From the NCBI GenBank assembly GCA_029953675.1, contig JAMWBK010000003.1:1302001-1366000 (forward strand): a DNA stretch of 64,000 nt, read 5' to 3'. Made by a program: the position numbers and the translations under genes. Numbering within the stretch: the stretch's first letter is position 1; each line of letters begins with the position of its first letter. Positions 12,290-21,456 of the stretch are shown piece by piece. The notes under the pieces are model-generated. The model had not been told where the DNA came from, ran no database searches, and saw nothing but the letters and a program-made list of their open reading frames with translations. Origin of the DNA: Rhodosorus marinus CCMP1338. Lineage: Eukaryota; Plantae; Rhodophyta.

Positions 12290-13010
12290 TGACTAGTGCT
12301 ATCGTTCTGGGGTTAAAACTTTTTGGACTTTGGAATATTATCGAGGAGATAAAGCTACAATTGGACTGTTTGTGTGAGAGATATTTTCGAGTATGACTAC
12401 CCTAGAGCCTGTACCTCCAGATTGAGGGGGGTTTCCCATAGACGCCACAACGGAAGATGTGCCGGCCGCACATGGACCTGAGCCTATACCAGTACCTGTT
12501 TCCGACCCCGAACCTGGTTCTACACCTGGCACCGACGTGATTGCTCCCCCGGGAATTGACATGAGCTGCGGTGCATTGAAGCTACATATAGACGCCCCTA
12601 GGCGCAAGGCCTCGCTCTACAACGGGCTTATGGTGCGGTTTATGGATCTTTTAGCCCAGGCCCACGCCAATGGCACTGAGGACCACCTTCTGCAGCAGCT
12701 GAACCCCCCTGCACAATGCCCAACACCGACTTCGCGACCACTACCAGTCTACGAACCGGCAAACTACGCCACTGCAGCCGCCCGCCCGCGATCTCCCGAC
12801 GCCCGTGATCTCGATTCGAATGCATTCCCAGATCTAGAAACGGCCAATGAGCAAGCCCGGACAACCACTCGAGCTCAACCTCGGCCAATGAGCTGGACGA
12901 CACGCGTCCGTACCAATCAGACCCCTGCAGCCGCCAAGCGCTCGTTTTTCGCGAGCATTCATGGACTGCAGTACCAGAGCCAGAAGGACGTTGATGCATT
13001 AGGGGTTTGT
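12290..13010 (+). mobile_element. 5' end and ORF1 remnant of family E
   Basis: Starts right after the repeat tract; Pro-rich ORF (12393/12459-13025) homologous to 8821-9132; cut off by the next A element. Confidence 0.55.
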
Positions 13011-13047
13011 GGAAAACAGCGGTAAAAGTTTATAAGCAGGTACACGT

Positions 13048-14619
13048 ATGATTGTGAAGGAGGTACGGGGGCCGTACCCCGAGCCTCTTGTGATCCCGGG
13101 CCCACACCCCTCGGGTACACGGGAAATGGAGAACGGGCAGCAGCCGCAGCAGCAGCCGCAGCAGCAGCATACAGGAGAAGAACAGGACGCAGAGATGAAT
13201 GCAGAAAACAGAGCAGATCGGCAGGGGGGAGCCGACCCAGCTGCCGCATTTCTCCACCAGCTGCGCAGCTACGACCGGTGCTACAAAGCCCTGGGAATTG
13301 GCGAGACTGACATCGTCGACTTTTACCAGGCAGTCTTCAACCTTTACTCGCGGATAAATTGTGCTAAAGAACTGCAAGGAGTGGCAGCCCGTCTGAACGA
13401 GCTAGCCAAAAAACAGCACATGTGGCAAGGTGGACCAGCCACTACGACCTCGCCTGAACCCGCGGAGCAGCACCCGCGGACGGCGGCAGTCAATCAATAT
13501 GCGCCAGAACCGATCAGCAATCAGCTTCCGGAGGGGACAGGTGTCCTAGCCTCAGTGGACTATGCCACGGCCTTCCCTGTCATCGGGACCAGCAGCACAC
13601 GGCCAACATACGCTCAGCGCACTGTCGAAAATACTCCAGCTCGAGCATCAGAGGCTCAACTGCGACCAGCAGGACGCCCGGGCCCACAGACCCAGCAGGC
13701 AGCACTGCGACAGCTGCATGCCACAGTGGGTGGGTCCTCCTGGGGACCTGAGACCAAACCGGTACTGGCGACCTTGAGGAATGTAAGACCGCCACGGCTG
13801 GACGAGGTAGCCCCATCGGACTTCACCACGGTTCTTTGCAGAGCCTTGGGGATTCCGAGCTCTTATGTGGCGCACGTGGACTTCATCGCTTCCCACGCGT
13901 GCTTACTATGCCATCTGGAAGCGATTCCGATTCTACAAAGCGCCACCTCTCGGGGCGTTTTCAGGACGGGGATTTTCGGATCGTTCACCCGGAGACATCC
14001 CGATCGGCAAGTGACTCTCTACACGGGACAGGCACTGGATACAGACAACCTGCTGGGCTATAATGAACGTCAGCACATTGCCCCAGCGAACATCGGGGCC
14101 CAGACCCTGAAAGGGGCCATTGAACAGACTATCCGGATCTGCGCGAGGCTTCGCAGAAGGAAACTCTCGTTCAACACTCTAGCAGCGATACACGAGTACC
14201 TGGAGAGCAGACTCGGAGACCTACAAGCCAGAGAACGTACTCCAACGGTACAAGGGGAGAGCGCGGAACCCCGAGCGCCTGCAGCCGCCACGAACGCAGA
14301 CCCTGAAGCCTCGTCCCTTACAGGGGACGCACAGGCAGCCCGTGGGACAGTCGACGCTCCGGGTAATCCCCTAGCGACTTCCCAAGTACCTGAAGAGGAT
14401 GCACCCGAGGATAACCCTCATGCGGAGCTCCCCTGCAACCTGCCCCAGCCTCCTCAACACAAGCGGTCGCGAGTATCCACTGATGGCACAGGCCAGGATA
14501 CCGAGATGACTCCGGCAGCCGTCGAGGCTCCACAGGGCAATACTGCACCCCAGGCCGACCACACTGCCACCCATCACGCGATGGACACACAGGACAGCCA
14601 GGGAACACCTACGCAATAA
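13048..14619 (+). CDS. Family A ORF1 protein (523 aa), intact
   Basis: Open ORF beginning MIVKEVRGPYPEP; the start is conserved in copies at 18555, 52225(-) and 63669(-); ends in TAATG. Confidence 0.85.
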   Translation: MIVKEVRGPYPEPLVIPGPHPSGTREMENGQQPQQQPQQQHTGEEQDAEMNAENRADRQGGADPAAAFLHQLRSYDRCYKALGIGETDIVDFYQAVFNLYSRINCAKELQGVAARLNELAKKQHMWQGGPATTTSPEPAEQHPRTAAVNQYAPEPISNQLPEGTGVLASVDYATAFPVIGTSSTRPTYAQRTVENTPARASEAQLRPAGRPGPQTQQAALRQLHATVGGSSWGPETKPVLATLRNVRPPRLDEVAPSDFTTVLCRALGIPSSYVAHVDFIASHACLLCHLEAIPILQSATSRGVFRTGIFGSFTRRHPDRQVTLYTGQALDTDNLLGYNERQHIAPANIGAQTLKGAIEQTIRICARLRRRKLSFNTLAAIHEYLESRLGDLQARERTPTVQGESAEPRAPAAATNADPEASSLTGDAQAARGTVDAPGNPLATSQVPEEDAPEDNPHAELPCNLPQPPQHKRSRVSTDGTGQDTEMTPAAVEAPQGNTAPQADHTATHHAMDTQDSQGTPTQ

Positions 14620-17600
14620 TGCCCAGGGGACAAGGGGGAATCAAACGAAGACGCGATGAGCCTCTGTTCTTCTAGGATCGTCAAGCCTGGGTCAAACGGT
14701 GGACCGACTTCGTTGGCCAAGTTACGACAGGAGACAGGCATTGGACGCGCCTAACACACTGCCCGGTACCCACACGGCGCTTTGTGCCCCGTGCCCACGT
14801 CAATACCTGGAGCCGCCTTCTTCGTGCAGCTCTTGAGATTTCCATGGACACAGGCTAGCGTTGGCGGGTGCGCCAACGCTAGCCTACTTCTTGTCGGACT
14901 TCCAGGCCTGGTGCTAGGACGTTGTGCACTTGACACCGGTATTCAGGTCACACATGTGCTCGAAGGAGAATTCGATACGGTGTGGACCCCGCTTGAAGGC
15001 AGGGCGTCCCTACTGCAGCAGAATACTGCCCCACCGGGAACCGAAGCGACTCGCCGCCAAGCCTTAGGACGCCAGAAACAAGCCCTTAAACTGGCACACC
15101 TCGGTCGCCTGTCGGACGCTGCTCGTCGACTGCAGGCAACGGAAATGGCTCCCTTCACCGAGACTACCTGGCGCCAACTGCAAGGACTCTTCCCAGAATC
15201 TGGCTCAGGTGACTTACCAGACGAGGCGGCGGAGGCCCTGGAATCACTGCACAACCCTGACGACACGAATCTTCAGAGCCGATGAGATGCCACAAAATCC
15301 GCTGATGAGGGTCTCCTGTCGATTGTGGCACGTCTTCCGCAGGGCAGGAGCCCCAGCCCCAGTGGAATGCGCGCGGAACATCTCCAAGGCGCCAATCAAC
15401 AGACGCAAGTGGCTTTGATCCGCGTACTGCGACAACTAGCGACAGCTCCGGAGAAGTTTCCCACTCCGCTGACGCGTGCCCTGCGTAGCAGCAGACTACT
15501 GCCATTCGCGAAGCCACGGAAGGAATCGGCTCCCCAGGAAAACCCAGGCGTTCGGCCCATCGGCGTCCCTGAAGTTCTGCGAAAAGTGGCGACTCAATGG
15601 ACCCTTCGCGGGGTGATCGACAGGGTGCGCACGCTCCTGGTCCATTACAACTAGGGATCGGAGTCAGTGGCGGATGCGAACGCTCACTTCACGCGATCCA
15701 GTCCCATCTGTCATATGAAATAGACGTGGTGGTGCTTAGGCTTGACCTCGAGAATGCATTCAACAGGATTGATCGACGCCTCGCCAAGAAACTCGTGGAC
15801 CAGCACTTTCCGGAGCTTGCGGCGGTTTACAGACTTGGGTATGGAAGCGACGCAGTGGACTCGCCGACGCTCTGCGGCTGGCGCTCTGCACCTGCAGAGA
15901 ATCAAACGGAACACTCACGACTGACGCTCCAACGTAACCCCAGACTAACGTAACCCCGAACTATGCTCCCATCTCTAGGGGCCCGCCTACAACTCAACAA
16001 ATGCATGCTCTACGGACGAGCCTTGACGACGGCGCGAGTCATCAATCGCGAGATACCTGGCATACATGTCACCCGAGAAGGCGTCACTATCCATTCGATC
16101 CCGAGGACCAGCACTTTCCGGAGCTTGCGGCGGTTTACAGACTTGGGTATGGAAGCGACGCAGTGGACTCGCCGACGCTCTGCGGCTGGCGCTCTGCACC
16201 TGCAGAGAATCAAACGGAACACTCACGACTGACGCTCCAAGCAGCTACGGGAGTACAACAAGGAGACCCTCTTGGGCCGGTGCTACGTGCACTAGCACTC
16301 GCACCGTTCCTAAAAGCTCTACGAACAAAGTTCTCCGATCTAACGATTGTCGCTATCCATGACGATATTACGATCGTGGGACCCCTGCAGGAACTGAAGC
16401 AAGCACTAGCCTGGAGCCGAACTATGCTCCTATCTCTAGGGGCCCGCCTACAACTCAACAAATGCACGCTCTACGGCCGAGCCTTGACGACGGCGCGAGT
16501 CATCAATCGCGAGATACCTGGCATAAATATCACCTGAGAAGGCGTCACTATCCATTCGATCCCGATAGGAAACCGGGAACATATCGAGCACGAGTGCCGT
16601 GCGCTTCAAAATAAGCACGAAAAGCTCATCAAGGAAATAGCACAGCTACCGCAACATGAAACTTATGCACAGGTCGCATTGTTCAGGTACTGCGCTGAAA
16701 CGCGCCTAGAACTGAAGCAAGCACTAGCCTGGAGCCGAACTATGCTCCTATCTCTAGGGGCCCGCCTACAACTCAACAAATGCACGCTCTACGGCCGAGC
16801 CTTGACGACGGCGCGAGTCATCAATCGCGAGATACCTGGCATAAATATCACCTGAGAAGGCGTCACTATCCATTCGATCCCGATAGGAAACCGGGAACAT
16901 ATCGAGCACGAGTGCCGTGCGCTTCAAAATAAGCACGAAAAGCTCATCAAGGAAATAGCACAGCTACCGCAACATGAAACTTATGCACAGGTCGCATTGT
17001 TCAGGTACTGCGCTGAAACGCGCCTAGATTACCTGCTACGATGCCTAGCCTACCCGTTCGGCCGCAGTCTGGCACGGGAGGCGGATACCATGACGAGATA
17101 TAATCTGGAAACCTTGCTCGGAGGCCTCGCTACCTCTGGCATGGAGGACGAGGAGCACCTGGGACACATCTGGGAACAGATTGCGCTGCCTTGCCGGTGG
17201 GGGGGATAGGGTTCGCTACTCGACGGCGTATCCAACCTATCGCTTACTACTCGGCTTGGACAAATACCTTTCGAAGCAATACAGGGGACTGGCCTTACAT
17301 TGCTGAGCTGCAGAGGCAGGTCTATACAGACAGAACTCTGGCTACGAACACCGCGACACGACTAAAATGGTCCACAGAACACCTCGCAGACCAGATACAA
17401 TCATCTGCTCGAGCGATACAACGCAGGCTGCGCCCGAAACTCCGCCGCGGATCAGAAGACTGGCCACCCTGCAGCAGACGAGGGAAAACCCCCCAGGAGA
17501 CGCCCCAGGAGACCGTGGCGATTGGAATAATGGTTCTACACAACAATCTCTCTCTCTGGAGGCACACCATTCAGCATTCCAACGCCTGGTTAACAATCCG

Positions 17601-18392
17601 CGCGTCTCTGGCGAACATCGCGCCCGAATCAGGTCCGCGGCGGGCTCTGGATCGGGAGTCTGGCTGCGCGAACTGCCGACGTTGGAGCCGAAAAAGCTGA
17701 GCTCGATCGAAATGCTGGTGAATATCCGACAACTACTGGGGCTACCGATTCCAGGGCTGCGAACTACGGAAAAATGTACTCGATACCGTGGTAAACACGG
17801 AGCAAATGGAGTACAACGCTTTCATCATTGCCCCACGTCAACTGGCCTGTGGCAACGTAGGCATGACGAGATATGCACGGAGATCGCAAGGTGGCTGAAC
17901 CGGTGGAACTTTGTGGACATCGAGCAGGAGCCAGAGAATTACTTTGAAAAATACGGGCTACGGCCAGACATCATTGCTACGCATCCGAGGACATTTCAAC
18001 GGTATGCGCTGGACGTGACGGTTGTGTCTCCTTTGCCAGGGAAGTATCTGAGGCGTAGTCAGGAGGAGAGTGGATATGCAGCAAGACGTGCAGAGAGGTG
18101 GAAGAAAGCGCACTACAAGGAGGCGATGACGATAGAACACCCGGGTGACAAGTTCATCCCAATTGCAATAGAAACATTTGGACGGACTGGACCGATGGCA
18201 CAGGAGTTTCTGCGGGACAGCTGCAAGCATTTGTTGCACTGGAGCCTAGAACTGAGCAATATAAGATCGCAGATAAACCGGCAACTTTGGCGAGGTAATG
18301 CGGAGATAGCGCTAGGCGCTTTGCGCGTAGACCAGTTGGAGAATCCACCTCTGCCTGTTTTTTCTTTAGGACGTAGCATGAGACCCCGGTAG
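14619..18392 (+). pseudogene. Family A ORF2 (RT-ZnF-RLE), disrupted
   Basis: Stops near 14673, 15283 and 16535, frameshifts near 15650 and 17205, and internal duplications; the RLE segment is open over 17367-18392. Confidence 0.9.
15931..15957 (-). repeat. Perfect 27-nt telomere-like tract in reverse orientation inside the A RT gene
   Basis: AACGTAACCCCAGACTAACGTAACCCC is the reverse complement of GGGGTTACGTTAGTCTGGGGTTACGTT. Confidence 0.9.
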
Positions 18393-18472
18393 CGGGGTTG
18401 GAGTAAGCATTCCCCTAGATAGCGATAGAAGTAGTGTTACGCTGCAGTAGGCAGCTGCCCAGTAAAGCTTAC

Positions 18473-18493
18473 GGTTACGTCAGTCTTGGGTTA
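18473..18493 (+). repeat. Telomere-like repeat between two head-to-tail elements
   Basis: GGTTACGTCAGTCTTGGGTTA directly follows the A 3' terminus CCCAGTAAAGCTTAC. Confidence 0.8.
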
Positions 18494-21062
18494 AGTGTAC
18501 GCGGTTAGGGCGTTTGGGAAAGACAAAAGGAAAAGTTCGTAAGAGAGTCCGAAGATGATTGTGAGGGAGGTACGCGGGTCGTACCCTGAACCTCTTGTCA
18601 TTCAGGGCCCGGACCCCTCAGGCACCCGGGAAGTTTTGCAAAGGCACCAGCACCAGTCTGATGGCGACGTGCAGGAGTCACCGACGGAACCGCAAGCAGG
18701 CGATGTTCAAGCAAGAACGCGGACCGAGTCTGCAGCCGCAACCGACCCGGCAGCCACATTCTTGCATCAACTGCGTAGCTTCGACAGATGCTACCAGGAC
18801 CTGGGCATCGCTGCGTCCGAAATTACAGCCTTCTACAAAGCAGTTTTTCAACTGTACTCGCTGGTCAACAGCTCGCAAGAGCTGGAAGGCGTCACCGGAC
18901 GCCTTACGGAGTTGTCCCGGAAACCGGGTATGTGGGAAGGTGGAGCCGCTACTACGAATTCTGCACCATCTCCGCATGATCTCCCGCGACAGGCCGTAGG
19001 CAACCACCTCGCCCCCGAAACCCGTTACCGTAACGGTCGACTGCCAGGAAGTTATGACGTCCATGATTTAGGAACCCAGCTCCCTGCGCCCCAGGGAGGG
19101 ACAGGTGTCCGGGATCTAGGACACTATGCGGAGGCATTCCCAGCCATCGGGGAGGGCCCTACAAGGCCAACCTTCGCCGAGTTTGCAGCTCAGAAAGAAC
19201 CAGGGAGAGGAGAAGATGCTCGTTCCAGAACTTCTGGACGCCCCGGACCCCAGACCCAGCAGGCTGCCCTGCGGCAACTGCACGCTACGGTCGGGGGGTC
19301 TGGCTGGGGACCCGATGTTGCCCCAGTCCTCGCGACGCTACGGAATGTCCGACCCCCAAGGCTGGATGAGGTGGCCCCTGCGCCAAATTATCGCCCGAAT
19401 TTGAATTGCCCCAGAGTGGCAGCGTTGGCAGAAGGCAGTCAACATCAGGTCAATCAACATGAACCTGTCCCGGGACAGGCGAGGGCGTTTGCTTCTGCGC
19501 CGGACAGTACGACGTTGGGGAGCGGCAGGCCGGGCCAAAACGCGCTTCAGCGCTCCGGGACTCGAGGCAATGGTGGTGGTGACTGTGCGGCAACCGGTGT
19601 GGAGGAGACTGCAGCTGTGGACTTCCCTCTCTTGGACCAGCCCTCAGGTGGTCACCAGCTCCCGGCTACTGCGGGGGCACGTGGCGGCCGCAAAGGGGGG
19701 CGCTTCGTACGCATCATTCTTGCGGAAGGGCACCACTGCCACACGTACGGCGGCTATCTCCGTTTCATACCATCTCGCGAGCCTCAGGATGGACCTGTGG
19801 AGACCACTCTCCAATTTCTGTGGGTGCGAAATGTCCGGCCCCAGACTACACGAGGACAGGTTCCGTCTATGCGAGATTTCCGGGACACTTTTGCGGAATC
19901 GTTAGGGTGCAGCCGGGGTGATTTCTTCTTCGCAAACTATGAGGGCCGCGATGTGCTGTTTTTGGTCTCCGAAACCGCCGCCAAGTACCTGGAGGCCTTG
20001 CTGGCGAAGCCTACCGAGCAGTGGCCTGAGAGCGCCCGGTGGCTGCGCTGCAACCCGCAGGTGGTTTTGCACATCGATTTTGACCGTTTCTCGGGCAATT
20101 TCCTGTCTCCGGGAGAAACGGCAGGGCTCTCTGAGCATGAGAGCAGCGTGAAGGCGGCAGCGATCCATTGGCTACGGATTCAGCGCCTTGACAGGATCTT
20201 GTTGGAGCGGTTCCGGTCGGGCCCTCGTCACCTGCGCATGGCGGTGTCCAGCCTCTTCGATCTGGAGAGGCGACTTGTGCTGACTTCGCGCTACAAGACA
20301 GAGCTGCAGCGGGTGGGGATTTTGGAGGGCTCTGCTTCCAGCACCACTTCCAGCGAGAGTGGTGAGGCAGGGGAGCAGACTGAGGGCATGGCGGTGGTTG
20401 ACGCCCAGGTTACTTTGCTGAAGCCCGCGGGATCCGTTCCGCGAGCCTCGCGGAGTGGGCGGCTCACGACTTTGGTGCGGATAGGAGGTAAGAGAGCGAG
20501 GACCGACTCCCCCGGGTCTAAGGGGGAGAGGCACGATTAGCGCTCCAGGCACGGCTGCGAGGTCGCAGCCTATGGATCTAAAGTCTTATGTCCTGAAGGA
20601 GGGCGGAGACTGGGGCATTTGGCGTACGCGTTTTCGGAGTTGGCTCCGGCGGTGGATTTCTTTGGAAGGAGGCTCGCTTCCCCTCCGTGGGGGCATTCCC
20701 CCAGTCGTCCTCCCTCGTGGAGACATTCTAGTAGCTGGAACCATTCTCGATTTCATCTTCACGAGCCTGGCTCGCAACATTCGGGACACAGTCATTTGGG
20801 TTTTTCTGGGGGTCATGCCGCGCCTGATTCTGGCCCCCATTCACACATCGGAGCGCAGATAGCGAGTACGAGACCGACTGGCCCTGTTCTTGAAGGGAGA
20901 CTTCGAAGTACTACAGCGCAGCTATTTGGCGTTGTCAGCACCATCGGCCCGTCGGACTCGGCATGGCACAGTGTCGCCCGTGCCGGCTCGAGTACAGAAA
21001 TTGGTAGCAGTGGGCGATTTAAGTCGAGCGGCGCGGGTTTTGGAGGGCCAGGCGCCTGTCCT
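18494..21062 (+). mobile_element. Chimeric element: family A 5' end fused to family B ORF1/ORF2
   Basis: 18555-19380 aligns with A ORF1; ~19395-21062 is near-identical to the reverse complement of B at 35650-37310; single 661-aa ORF 18555-20540. Confidence 0.88.
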
Positions 21063-21063
21063 T

Positions 21064-21192
21064 AAACGATAGGAGACTTCAGGAAAAATAAAAACGACGG
21101 GAGACGTTGGGAATAATAAAAACGACGGGAGACGTTGGTAATAATAAACGACGGGAGACGTTGGTAATAATAAACGACGGGAGACGTTGGGA
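21064..21192 (+). repeat. Minisatellite, four units of 26-28 bp plus one degenerate unit
   Basis: Core AAACGACGGGAGACGTTGG at 21092, 21120, 21146 and 21172. Confidence 0.9.
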
Positions 21193-21414
21193 AAATGACT
21201 GCACGACGGATTGCTGTTGATTGCCGATGGCTTCAATCATTGTCTTGGTCAAGTTCGGCCCAGCCAGAGGCACCGCCGGGCGTGAAATTGAACATGAAAA
21301 GCCCCCTCTGGGCAGGGCCAGCGGAAAGAAGACCTTGTGGTCACCTCTTAAAACCGCCCACCACAGCCACCACCAACGCCAACCTCATCCTTTCCCAATC
21401 TAGGACGGAGTCTG

Positions 21415-21456
21415 ACGTTAGTCTGAGGTGAAAGTTTACGGTTACGTTAGTCTGGG
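21415..21456 (+). repeat. Telomere-like repeats interrupted by an 11-nt A-type 3' tail
   Basis: ACGTTAGTCTGAGG-TGAAAGTTTAC-GGTTACGTTAGTCTGGG. Confidence 0.75.

Larger units (their letters stand above)
13015..18472 (+). mobile_element. Near full-length family A non-LTR retrotransposon (two ORFs, RT + CCHC + RLE), rearranged
   Basis: ORF1 13048-14619, then ORF2 with RPIGVPE, DLENAFN, GVQQGDPLGP, AIHDD, RRHDE, RPDII, DVTV, FIPIAIETFG; the 3' UTR runs into telomere-like repeats. Confidence 0.93.

Noticed and set aside
18500-18516. TTAGGG as evidence for a canonical telomere repeat
   Set aside because: Single isolated copy in a 5' UTR; no tandem TTAGGG was seen in the window.
21064-21192. CRISPR-like appearance of regularly spaced repeats
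   Set aside because: The linkers are 7-9 nt and nearly identical, there are no unique spacers or cas genes, and the context is eukaryotic.
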